Of a stretch of 64,000 bases of DNA, positions 55,342-64,000 are shown one piece after another. The notes beneath the pieces were generated by a model, which saw only the letters and a list, made by a program, of their open reading frames with translations, was not told the origin of the DNA and made no database searches. The stretch covers positions 11,379-75,378 of the forward strand of contig JANWWR010000073.1 in the NCBI GenBank assembly GCA_025055835.1, read 5' to 3'. The first letter of the stretch is position 1. Every line of letters begins with the position of its first letter. A program made the position numbers and the translations under genes. This stretch comes from Gemmatales bacterium. GTDB taxonomy: Bacteria > Planctomycetota > Planctomycetia > Gemmatales > HRBIN36.

Positions 55342-58233
55342 ATGGGACGTGCAGTTCGGAAGCGGCGCGGATCCGTGTTGCCGATCGTGTGCCTGACCTG
55401 TCTGGGGCTGTTGGCTTTCGTGGCCCTGGCGGTGGATGTGGGGGTCCTGGCGGTTGCCCGCACCCAGGCTCAGAACGTGGCTGACAGTGCAGCCATGGCC
55501 GGAGCACGCACCCTCAACGGGGACAAAGTAAATGACAACAACCTCAGCGCCGCCGTCACGGCGGCCATGACCGCCGCAACGTCGAACCGCATCATGGGGA
55601 AAAGCGTGGTGGCGTCGCAGGTCACCAACCAATTCGGCTCCTACTCCTACAACGACAGTCTTCAGCGCTTCGTGACTCACATACCCAGGGCCAGCAACGA
55701 CAACTGGAGCCTGTGTCGCTCCACCGTCACCGTCACCGGCGACACCTATTTTGCCAAGGTCTTCGGCATTTCGAGTTTCACCACGACAACGGTGGCGACG
55801 GCCGTGCATCGCCCACGGGACATCGCCCTCGTCCTCGATTTCTCCGGCTCGATGCGATTCGACACGCTCATCGGCGTGCCGCACAGCGGAGCCCGCCAGG
55901 TCAGTGGAGGTAGCCCGGCGTCAGGAACGAACAATCCCGAGGGGGTCTTCCCGCGGTTCGGCGCCTACTCCAGCATTTCCACGGCGGGGCTTCAGCGAAC
56001 ATCCCCCGTGACCATCAGCGGGCAGGTGTACGGTCTGTGCAACTTTACTGAAGTCAACCCGCTGAGCCAGAACCGCAATCCGATTGTGCAGAGTTTCTAC
56101 CAGCACAACAGCGGGTCATCGGCGGCCTTGGCTTTCACTCCGGCGGCGGACGGCGACAGCGAAGGTCACGTCGCCGGCGATCGGCATTACCGAAGCAATA
56201 CTGCGACCTGGCCGACTTACTCGCCAGGCAGTTCCTACGCTCAAACCATTGTGCAATTGCTGAAGCTCTCGTCGTTCTCGAACTCCAGTCCGGCCAACTG
56301 GGTGTGGGAATTAGACGGTTACGCGGCAGGACTTGCGGGCAGTGTGGACGGCTCAGCGAATTACGGCACCGGCAACGCCTCCAGTACCGGCGGCAAAACG
56401 AACTATAACGATGTTCCTTTCGCGGGATACACCGTCGGTCCCCGCTACTGGGGTAAGACCTTTTTCCTTTGGCCTCCCGACCCCCGCTGGCCGTTCACTT
56501 CCTCCTCCGCGGATCGGAACAAAGTCCGCGATCTCATCAGCGCCATGGGTGGCCTGAGCACGACGCATCGGGATGTGGTGGCGAACAACTGGCCCTGGTC
56601 CAGTGAAACCGCCTTGGCGAATTACCTCACCACCGACCCCACGGGGCCGCTGCTGAGCACTAACAGCCGGACCTACCAGCGAATTCTCCGCCTCCACAAC
56701 CGGCCTCGGCTGGATTGGCGGAAGCGGTTCTTCTTCAGGAGCGACGGGGCCACGCCGATGGACGACAATTCGCTCCTGTTCGACAGCGACGGCGACTGGT
56801 ACTCCCCGCGCGTCGGCAGCACGACCTACTACCGCATCAATTATCAGGAAATCCTTCGCTGGTTGTTCACGGAAGGGCCAAACCCCTTCCCGCCGCGGCT
56901 GAAGGCGGGTCGCATCAACTACTACACGGCCTTGCCGAACTTCAATGACAACGGACTGAATAATCGCTGGTGGAACACCTACCCACTTACCGATCCCAAC
57001 GAGCGCTTCTGGAAGGATTACATTGACTACGTCCTTGGCCTGCGTCAGACCGGGGCGAGCTCCTGGGACACGGCGTCTTCGAGTGTTCCGAACATCGTGC
57101 AGTTCACGGGCTACGGAGGCGATTTCACCTGGGGTACGGCGAGCATCACGCCTTTGTCCTCGCTGACCGGAACGCCGAGACCCTACATGCATTACAACGA
57201 CAATCCGAAGCGGCCTCGGCTCCATTTCTGGTTCGGCCCGATGTCGATGGTGGATTTTTTGGGCAATTACAACATGGCCGGCCGGGCGGCGAATCAGGCG
57301 TACTGGTGGTGGCCTGGCACGGCCTACGAAGCGCCGTTGTACGCCGCCAAGATCGGTGTCCGTGCCGCGCTCCGAGACATCGAACGGAACCATCCCAACG
57401 ACCACGTTTCGCTCATCATGTTCTGCGTGCCGCGAACCTCGGCCACCGATACCACCAACGCCCGCCGCTTCAACCGGGTCCGTGCTCCTCTGGGACGGAA
57501 TTACCCGCGGATGATTGATTCGTTGTGGTTCCCGCCCTTCACGCTGGACAACCCCGGCACCGAGATCAACATGTACGAGTTCGAGAAGAACATCGAAGTG
57601 CCACGGGCGATGGGTGGAACCTGTTATTCGATGGGTCTGATGCTGGCCTACAACCAATTCAGCAGCAACGTCAGCCTGCGGACCTACAACCCCACTCCGG
57701 CCCCGAATGGCGACGCCGGCGGCCTTGGCCGGCGCGGCGCTCAGAAGATGGTGATCTTCGAGACAGACGGCTTGCCGAACCACACCGCCACGGCCGGTTT
57801 CACAAACGCCGGGCCATATAACAGCTTCTACAACATTCGCTTCAACAGCAGCAGCCCCGGAGCAAGCGAGTATCCGTCCGTCACTTCCACGGCGGACAAT
57901 TCCTCGGCCGTGACCACGGAAATCTTCAACATCTGCCAACGCATCGTTGCCCTGGACACGGACAATCCGCCGGGCTACAGCACGGCACGTCGGCCCGCTT
58001 TGATTCACTGCATCGGCTTTGGCAGCGTCATCGCTCCCGATAGCTCCGAGCGTGCCGGGGCGATCAGCACCCTGGGCCAGATGGAAACCATCGGCAACAT
58101 CCCGCCCAGCCGACGCATCGGCCAGGTTCCGTACAAGCTCGTGTATGGCGACGACGCCTTCATGATCGAGACGTTGCGACAGGCGATCAGCGACATCATG
58201 CAGGACGGCGTGCAGGTGACGCTGATCGAGTAA
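55342..58233 (+). CDS. TadG-like N-terminal domain protein with a split vWA (MIDAS) domain
   Basis: 963 aa. TadG/Tad_N-like GSVLPIVCLTCLGLLAFVALAVDVGVLAVARTQAQNVADSAAMAGA. MIDAS DFSGS at aa 166-170, GGT at 758-760, ETDG at 807-810. Confidence 0.8.
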   Translation: MGRAVRKRRGSVLPIVCLTCLGLLAFVALAVDVGVLAVARTQAQNVADSAAMAGARTLNGDKVNDNNLSAAVTAAMTAATSNRIMGKSVVASQVTNQFGSYSYNDSLQRFVTHIPRASNDNWSLCRSTVTVTGDTYFAKVFGISSFTTTTVATAVHRPRDIALVLDFSGSMRFDTLIGVPHSGARQVSGGSPASGTNNPEGVFPRFGAYSSISTAGLQRTSPVTISGQVYGLCNFTEVNPLSQNRNPIVQSFYQHNSGSSAALAFTPAADGDSEGHVAGDRHYRSNTATWPTYSPGSSYAQTIVQLLKLSSFSNSSPANWVWELDGYAAGLAGSVDGSANYGTGNASSTGGKTNYNDVPFAGYTVGPRYWGKTFFLWPPDPRWPFTSSSADRNKVRDLISAMGGLSTTHRDVVANNWPWSSETALANYLTTDPTGPLLSTNSRTYQRILRLHNRPRLDWRKRFFFRSDGATPMDDNSLLFDSDGDWYSPRVGSTTYYRINYQEILRWLFTEGPNPFPPRLKAGRINYYTALPNFNDNGLNNRWWNTYPLTDPNERFWKDYIDYVLGLRQTGASSWDTASSSVPNIVQFTGYGGDFTWGTASITPLSSLTGTPRPYMHYNDNPKRPRLHFWFGPMSMVDFLGNYNMAGRAANQAYWWWPGTAYEAPLYAAKIGVRAALRDIERNHPNDHVSLIMFCVPRTSATDTTNARRFNRVRAPLGRNYPRMIDSLWFPPFTLDNPGTEINMYEFEKNIEVPRAMGGTCYSMGLMLAYNQFSSNVSLRTYNPTPAPNGDAGGLGRRGAQKMVIFETDGLPNHTATAGFTNAGPYNSFYNIRFNSSSPGASEYPSVTSTADNSSAVTTEIFNICQRIVALDTDNPPGYSTARRPALIHCIGFGSVIAPDSSERAGAISTLGQMETIGNIPPSRRIGQVPYKLVYGDDAFMIETLRQAISDIMQDGVQVTLIE

Positions 58234-58259
58234 GCTCTACATCCGCATGGTGACGATGC

Positions 58260-58302
58260 ACCGGGAGGTCTTGGAAATCCCAAGGCATCCCGGTTCGTTT
58301 TT
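58260..58302 (+). terminator. Rho-independent terminator closing the TadG-like gene
   Basis: accggga...tcccggt outer stem plus cttgg/ccaag inner stem (about 14 bp in total), followed by TTCGTTTTT. Confidence 0.75.
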
Positions 58303-58400
58303 CAGCTGGCGTGTCAATGCGCTGCGGGTCGGCTGTACAATACGAGAGGAACCGCTAGCGGTGCCACAACAACATGCCATGAGCTTTGAGGATTTCCCTC

Positions 58401-60275
58401 ATGGTCAATGAGGAACTCAGACAAGCGATTCGCCGGATTCTTCTACGGGTGCAGAAGCCGGCTCAATACATCGGCGGAGAGCTTAACAGCGTGGTCAAGG
58501 ACCACCGCCAGGTCGAGGGCACGCTTTGTTTGTCGTTCGCCGACACCTACACCCTGGGCATGAGCCACCACGGCCTGCAAGTCCTCTACAGCCTGGTCAA
58601 CGCCGATCCGCGCTGGGCCTGCGAACGGGCCTTCACTCCCTGGCTGGATTTTGAGGCCGAACTGCGGCGCGCTGGTTTGCCGCTCTACAGTTTGGAAACT
58701 TTCACGCCGCTTCATCGCTTCGATATTCTCGGCTTCAGTCTTCAGTACGAGATCTGCTACACGAACATTCTGACGATGCTGGACCTCGGCGGCGTACCGC
58801 TGCGGTCCCGGGATCGGACTTTGGAACATCCGCTGATCGTCTGCGGCGGGCCGGGAGCACAAAACCCCGAACTGCTGGCCCCGTATGTGGACGTGTTCGT
58901 CATCGGCGACGGCGAAGAAAGTCTGCCGTGGTTGTTGGAAAAGTGGATGGAACTGAAGAACCATTGGCGGAGGCGAGGCGACCTCGGCCACAAGGCTCGA
59001 CTGGAAGCCATTGCGGAGCTGGTCGGCAGCGTCGCCGATGCCGGCTGGCAGCCGTGGGCCTATGCTCCCGCCTTCTACGAACCGGAGTATCACGCCGACG
59101 GCACCATCGCCGCCATCCACCGCACCCGCAGCGATGTGCCGAAGGAAATCTACGCCTGCACCATTCGCCGCGACTTCGACGAGTTTCCCCTGCCGGTCAA
59201 GCCCATCGTCAGCAACACCGAGACGACGCACGACCGCATTCCCATCGAGATCATGCGCGGCTGTCCGTGGCAGTGCCGCTTCTGCCAGTCCACGGTCATC
59301 AAACGGCCGCTGCGGGTCCGCTCCGTGGAATGCATCGTGCAGGCGGCTTTGGAGAGTTATCGGAACACGGGCTACAACGAGATCAGCCTGCTCAGCCTCA
59401 GCTCCAGCGACTACCCGTACTTCGAGGAACTGGTCAAGCGGATGCACGAGGTGTTCACGCCGCTGGGCGTGAATGTGTCCCTTCCCAGCCTGCGGGTGAA
59501 CGCTCAACTGCGGTCGCTGCCCAAGCTCATCAAGGGGGTCCGCAATCACGGCCTGACGTTGGCTCCGGAAGTCGCTCGGGACGACATGCGGGAGCAGATC
59601 CGCAAGCCGGTCAGCAACGAAGACCTTTACGAAGGCTGCCGAGAGGCCTTCCGCAATGGCTGGCGGAGCGTGAAGCTCTACTTCATGGTCGGCCTGCCGG
59701 GAGAACGGCAAGTGGACCTCGACGGCATTGTGGAGATGGCGGAAACCATTGCCCGCATCGGTCGGGAAGAAACCGGCCGGTTCGCCGAGGTCACCGCGAG
59801 CGTCTCGAACTTCGTTCCCAAGCCACACACGCCCTATCAATGGAACGGCATGCAGAGCCGGGAATACCTGACCTGGGCCGGGCAGTATCTGCGGTCGCGC
59901 AAACGCCTCCACTCGGTTCGCATCAAGCAGCACGACATCGAACGCAGCCTGGTCGAAGGTTTACTGACGCGGGGCGATCGGCGGGTAGCTCCCGTCATCG
60001 AGGCAGCGTGGCGAAAAGGGGCACGGCTCGACGCCTGGGACGAGTGTTTCCGACCGCAGTTGTGGTGGGAAGCGGCCGACGACCTCGGCATCGACATCAA
60101 CTTCTTCATTCATCGGGCACGTCCCCTCGGCGAAGTCCTCCCGTGGGACCATATCAACGTCAAGAAGGGCCGCGAGTATCTTGAAAAAGAGCAGCTTCGC
60201 AGTCAGGAGCAACTGCAAAGCATGGCCACGGCCACCGTGGACGTACCCAGTCCCCGCTTCGTGGTCCGCAAGTGA
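58401..60275 (+). CDS. B12-binding-domain radical SAM protein (TIGR03960-like)
   Basis: N-terminus LRVQKPAQYIGGELNSVVKD and radical SAM cluster motif GCPWQCRFCQ (CxxxCxxC). ATG at 58401; the track uses TTG at 58386. Confidence 0.8.
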   Translation: MVNEELRQAIRRILLRVQKPAQYIGGELNSVVKDHRQVEGTLCLSFADTYTLGMSHHGLQVLYSLVNADPRWACERAFTPWLDFEAELRRAGLPLYSLETFTPLHRFDILGFSLQYEICYTNILTMLDLGGVPLRSRDRTLEHPLIVCGGPGAQNPELLAPYVDVFVIGDGEESLPWLLEKWMELKNHWRRRGDLGHKARLEAIAELVGSVADAGWQPWAYAPAFYEPEYHADGTIAAIHRTRSDVPKEIYACTIRRDFDEFPLPVKPIVSNTETTHDRIPIEIMRGCPWQCRFCQSTVIKRPLRVRSVECIVQAALESYRNTGYNEISLLSLSSSDYPYFEELVKRMHEVFTPLGVNVSLPSLRVNAQLRSLPKLIKGVRNHGLTLAPEVARDDMREQIRKPVSNEDLYEGCREAFRNGWRSVKLYFMVGLPGERQVDLDGIVEMAETIARIGREETGRFAEVTASVSNFVPKPHTPYQWNGMQSREYLTWAGQYLRSRKRLHSVRIKQHDIERSLVEGLLTRGDRRVAPVIEAAWRKGARLDAWDECFRPQLWWEAADDLGIDINFFIHRARPLGEVLPWDHINVKKGREYLEKEQLRSQEQLQSMATATVDVPSPRFVVRK

Positions 60276-60296
60276 CGCGGAACTTCCGCCCCCGGT

Positions 60297-61712
60297 TCAA
60301 GGCTGTTTTGCGATGCGGTCGAAGAAGGCGAAGACGTCGGGCAGGGCGACCTGGACGATGATCAGGTGCTCAATGTCCGGATAGAGTTTGTATTCGACGG
60401 TCTTCACCTCGGCCCGCGTCAGACTGTCGCGGAGCGCCTGAGCGCCGCGCAGAGCGAAATCCTCCGAGCCGACGCCGATGAAGAACGGGACCTTGCGAAT
60501 CGCTTCGTCATTGCGTCGGATGGCACCGCCGCCGCCCAGGGCAGCGACGGCCGCATATTTTTCAGGATCGGCACTGACCGCCGCCAACGCTTGACCCGCG
60601 CCCATCGAGTGTCCGACAAGGAAAACTCGCCGACGATCCACGGGGTAACGCTTGGCCAGTTCTTCCACGACCGCGGACAGATTCGCTCCCCCGACGCCGA
60701 GCCGCGGGGCGACCAGCAGCCAGCCGCGTTGCTTGCAGAGCCGAGCCACTGCCCCGTTGCCGTAGCCGTCGAAGAACAGATTCTCGCTGCCTCCCGCGCC
60801 GTGCAAGGCGACCACCAGCGGAACCGGATTGTCCTTCTTCAATCCTTCCGGCACCTGGAGGCGAACGACAGCGGAACGAGAAGCGACCGCCAAGGCCAGC
60901 CAGAACTGGCCGGATCGCTCTCCGGTGTAGAACTCGCCGGTGCTCTCAGCCAGTCGCTCCGCTTCTTCCAGCAGCCGATGGCAGGGATAGTCGGTTTCAG
61001 GGGCACGGTCCTTGGCCATGTCACCCAGCAAAGTGACGAGATGCCGAAGGGTTTCGGTCTCGATGCTTCCGTCCCGAGTCCTCTTCTCGGACACGTCCTT
61101 GAGCCGGGCCAGCCGATCACTCAGCTTATCGGCCAAAGACAAGGCATACGGGGTTTGGACGAAAACCGTCTGGCCGACGAGCACCTCCATCAGAAGCTCG
61201 TAGTCGCCAGCGGGAACATTTTTCAGATCGATGACGGCTTCCTGGGGGAGGCTGGGGGTCGACACGATGGTCGGCGGCCGCATCGCCATTCCGTCAGGCT
61301 TGCGAACGGTGAGGCGGACGGCCGCTCCTTCCGGCGGCATGATTTCGGTCGTGTAGAACTCCGCCAGGGTCAGTTTCAACATGGGATTGGCTGTGTCCAG
61401 GAAGTGGCTGGACAGACGGGCGTGTAGGGATTCCGCCCAGCGCTTCTCCTCCGATGGCTTTTGCTTCTCGGTGAGAGTGAAACGGCCTTCGTCAAGGGCT
61501 TTGCCCGCCTCGCCAAGGCGGAAGCTGAAGAACGACTGGACGGCTTTTTGCAGGTCGGCTACCGCGGCTTTTCGGCGAGCAGCGTCCGTCTGCGCGTCCC
61601 AGGCTGCTTCGAACTTGCGAAGACGCTTGCCCAGTTCCAGCCGCTCGGTTTGAGCGACGCACAGCCCCGGCACGATCAGCCACACGAGGAATCCGTGAAC
61701 CAGACGCGACAT
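60297..61712 (-). CDS. Secreted alpha/beta-hydrolase (esterase/peptidase-like) with N-terminal domain of unknown function
   Basis: Signal MSRLVHGFLVWLIVPGLCVAQ at 61712. The C-terminal third has LVVALHGAGG, the nucleophile elbow GHSMG, GSED and IEH (Ser-Asp-His order). Confidence 0.7.
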   Translation of the reverse strand: MSRLVHGFLVWLIVPGLCVAQTERLELGKRLRKFEAAWDAQTDAARRKAAVADLQKAVQSFFSFRLGEAGKALDEGRFTLTEKQKPSEEKRWAESLHARLSSHFLDTANPMLKLTLAEFYTTEIMPPEGAAVRLTVRKPDGMAMRPPTIVSTPSLPQEAVIDLKNVPAGDYELLMEVLVGQTVFVQTPYALSLADKLSDRLARLKDVSEKRTRDGSIETETLRHLVTLLGDMAKDRAPETDYPCHRLLEEAERLAESTGEFYTGERSGQFWLALAVASRSAVVRLQVPEGLKKDNPVPLVVALHGAGGSENLFFDGYGNGAVARLCKQRGWLLVAPRLGVGGANLSAVVEELAKRYPVDRRRVFLVGHSMGAGQALAAVSADPEKYAAVAALGGGGAIRRNDEAIRKVPFFIGVGSEDFALRGAQALRDSLTRAEVKTVEYKLYPDIEHLIIVQVALPDVFAFFDRIAKQP

Positions 61713-61885
61713 GGCTTTCACCCCCTCCTGGTGAGGCCCCTTGGGATGGCGTCTCCGCAGCCGCATTGTAACCACGCCTGTGTATCAAATGAATACTTTC
61801 CCCGTCGGGGACCGCAGGTCGGCTGGCACCCCCTGAGCCGATGCGACATAATCAGGCAAGGAAATGCCCGTCGAACGCGGATGGG

Positions 61886-63811
61886 ATGATGAGTCGTACC
61901 GACGGAAAAACCGCGATGAAGCGTCGTTGGTATTGGCTGGGACTTCTGTTGGTGGCAATCCCGCTGGTTTACTTCGTGCTTCGCGGGCGAATCCAGCCTT
62001 TGTCCTCGCCGCCAGATCCCCGTCTGACGCTGGAAAGTCCGTTCCTTAACGTGCGGCCTCACGTTCGCTACGTCGGCGACGCGGTCTGTGCCAGTTGCCA
62101 CCAGGACATCGCCGATCACTATGCCCAACACTCGATGGGACAAGCGATGTATCCCACTGAACAGGCACCGCGCCTGGAAGGACTGTCGGAGACGGGGAGC
62201 TATCGTTTCCAGGTGGGTCGCCTGATGTATGAGGTGACGATGCGCAACGGGAGGATGTTTCACAGCGAGACCTTGCTGGGTCGGGATGGTAAACCCCTGG
62301 CTCGCATTGAAGAAGAAGCGGCCTACGCGATCGGATCGGGAACACGGGGCCGGACCTACGTCGTCAACCGCGACGGCTTTTTCTTCGAGTCGCCGATCAG
62401 TTGGTATCGTCATACCGGCTCATGGGACCTGTCGCCGGGATACGAGAAGCGGAACATGCACTTCGAGCGGCCCATTCAGGCCGGGTGCCTGTTCTGCCAT
62501 TGCAACTTCGCTCATGACGAGCCAAACACGATGAACCGTTACGCTCCGCCGTACTTCAGCGGCTTCGTGATCGGCTGCGAACGCTGCCACGGTCCGGGGG
62601 AATTGCATGCGGAAAAGCCGAAAAAGACTGATGGCATCGACTACAGCATCGTCAACCCTCGTCACCTGTCCCCCGAACTTCGGGAAGACGTCTGTCAACA
62701 GTGCCACCTGCAAGGCGAAGAACGGGTCGTCAAGGCGGGCCGGGGGACGTTCGACTACCGGCCCGGTTTGCCGCTGCATGAGTTCCTGGCAATTTACGTC
62801 AAGCCTCCGGAATTGACGCGAGGACAAAAAGCCGTCAGCCAGGTCGAGCAGATGCACGTCAGCCGGTGCTTCCAAGGCAGCGGCGGAACAATGGGCTGCA
62901 CCTCCTGCCACGACCCCCACCGTCGCATCCAAGACCCTGAGAGAGTGACATTTTATCGTCAACGCTGTCTGGCCTGTCACGACAAGCAACCGTGCAGTTT
63001 ACCTGCGACGGATCGGCGTCAGGCTTCGGCCGAGGACAGCTGCATCCACTGCCACATGCCGCGATTGCAGTCGAACATCGCTCACACGGCCCTGACGGAT
63101 CATCGAGTGCTTCGGCGACCGGACAAGGACCGCGACCTCCCCGACGCCGGAGCGATCCTGTCGTCCGGCATCGTCCCGCTGCGGCATTTCCACGCGGATC
63201 GGGTGGACGGGTCGCGGCTGGATGTGCAGCGGGACTTCGGGGTAGCCATTGTCAATGTGGCCAGGCGGATCGAAGGGCAGGCACCCATCGTGCCTTTAGT
63301 CCGCAAAGCCCAGGGCCTCTTGGAACCGTTCCTCAAGCAGTGGCCGAACGACCCGGCAGGCTGGGATGCCCTGGGATACGCCCTCCGCAAGCAAGGGAAC
63401 CTGCGGGAAGCCGAGGAGGCTTACCACCAAGCTCTGAAGTTCGCTCCGGATCGCGAACAGACCCTGGAAGATCTCGTCGAGATGGCTGAACAGGCCCGCC
63501 GGCCCCAGGAGGCCGTTCGGTATCAAGAGCGGCTGGTGCAACTTAACCCCAGCTATTCCATCTATCAGTTGAAACTGGCGGAGTTGCTGCATCAGGTCGG
63601 CGATTACGAAGGGTCTAATTCGGCCTGCCGTCGCGCCTTGGAACTGAATCTCATCCACGACGACGCCCGACGACTGCGGATCGTCAACTTTCTTCGCCTG
63701 GGCAAGTTCGAACAGGCCGACGAAGAGTTCCTGGCCCTTGTCGAGACTTCGGGTGAAGATCGTGCTTCGCTGGAGGCCTGGTACCGAAATCAGAAGCAGA
63801 AGCTCCGCTGA
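61886..63811 (+). CDS. Heptahaem c-type cytochrome fused to C-terminal TPR repeats
   Basis: Seven CxxCH motifs: CASCH, CLFCH, CERCH, CQQCH, CTSCH, CLACH, CIHCH. N-terminal TM WYWLGLLLVAIPLVYF. C-terminal TPR-like helices (AEEAYHQALKFAPD, AVRYQERLVQLNP, SNSACRRALELN). The start is uncertain (61841, 61886 or 61916). Confidence 0.85.
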   Translation: MMSRTDGKTAMKRRWYWLGLLLVAIPLVYFVLRGRIQPLSSPPDPRLTLESPFLNVRPHVRYVGDAVCASCHQDIADHYAQHSMGQAMYPTEQAPRLEGLSETGSYRFQVGRLMYEVTMRNGRMFHSETLLGRDGKPLARIEEEAAYAIGSGTRGRTYVVNRDGFFFESPISWYRHTGSWDLSPGYEKRNMHFERPIQAGCLFCHCNFAHDEPNTMNRYAPPYFSGFVIGCERCHGPGELHAEKPKKTDGIDYSIVNPRHLSPELREDVCQQCHLQGEERVVKAGRGTFDYRPGLPLHEFLAIYVKPPELTRGQKAVSQVEQMHVSRCFQGSGGTMGCTSCHDPHRRIQDPERVTFYRQRCLACHDKQPCSLPATDRRQASAEDSCIHCHMPRLQSNIAHTALTDHRVLRRPDKDRDLPDAGAILSSGIVPLRHFHADRVDGSRLDVQRDFGVAIVNVARRIEGQAPIVPLVRKAQGLLEPFLKQWPNDPAGWDALGYALRKQGNLREAEEAYHQALKFAPDREQTLEDLVEMAEQARRPQEAVRYQERLVQLNPSYSIYQLKLAELLHQVGDYEGSNSACRRALELNLIHDDARRLRIVNFLRLGKFEQADEEFLALVETSGEDRASLEAWYRNQKQKLR

Positions 63812-63862
63812 ATGTGCTTGGAACCCGCCCGTTTTTTCTGATCTTGAAACCCTTTTGAGGTC

Positions 63863-64000
63863 ATGACCGTGTCCTGGCTACGGAACCTTATTGGCGTGGT
63901 TTACACCCAGGTTCAGGTTTACCGCGCGACGGTCCTGCCGGTGCTCTACGTTGTGGGTGCCAGTTTGTTCACGGGCCTGCTCGGTGCCTGGGGTGAGCCG
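63863..64000 (+). CDS. Membrane protein, 5' fragment (runs off the window end)
   Basis: ATG at 63863, reading MTVSWLRNLIGVVYTQVQVYRATVLPVLYVVGASLFTGLLGAWGEP. Open to the window end with a hydrophobic helix. No function can be assigned. Confidence 0.4.
   Translation, partial: MTVSWLRNLIGVVYTQVQVYRATVLPVLYVVGASLFTGLLGAWGEP

Noticed and set aside
1-64000. Window-wide look for CRISPR arrays, tRNA/rRNA genes, IS elements, integrases, phage genes and toxin-antitoxin or known defence genes
   Set aside because: None were recognised. There are no long spacer-repeat arrays, cloverleaf-like gene-free gaps or transposase/recombinase motifs. All gaps over 150 nt are divergent or promoter regions. The window looks like core chromosome rather than a mobile island.

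Overview
GC-rich, densely coding chromosomal segment with about 47 CDS on both strands. I recognised no rRNA, tRNA, CRISPR array, transposase or integrase. The gene content suggests a Planctomycetota-type genome, which is an inference and not verified. That content includes a Tat-signal xylose-isomerase-like TIM barrel, a giant secreted WD40 protein, a GldG/DUF4340-type ABC system, a TadE/TadE/TadG-vWA triad, a multihaem-TPR fusion, and very long antisense shadow ORFs. Confident housekeeping calls are korA/korB (2-oxoacid:ferredoxin oxidoreductase), ilvB, ilvN (unlinked from ilvB), hsp20, lon, FKBP and parvulin PPIases, birA, nadC, UDP-glucuronate decarboxylase, an M16 peptidase, a Zn-metalloprotease, an acyl-CoA dehydrogenase and a TIGR03960-type radical SAM protein. 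The best candidate for an undescribed system is the same-strand, roughly 12-kb envelope cluster at 46.2-58.2 kb. It holds an ABC ATPase, an extended GldF-like permease, a GldG-like protein and a 4x DUF4340 protein. These are followed by two TadE-like pseudopilins and a 963-aa TadG-like protein whose vWA/MIDAS domain is split by a roughly 490-aa insertion. No Tad/Cpa secretion machinery is present in the window. Secondary candidates:
- a second ABC-2 system with a 700-aa unknown partner (28.5-33.6 kb)
- a 35-blade secreted WD40 protein
- a divergent RNase HII-like gene with a large insertion
- korAB bracketed by paralogous CBS proteins, with a tandem hairpin repeat in the korA-korB spacer
- 11-bp phased direct repeats upstream of the ABC operon
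All functional assignments come from motif reading by eye. No database search was run.
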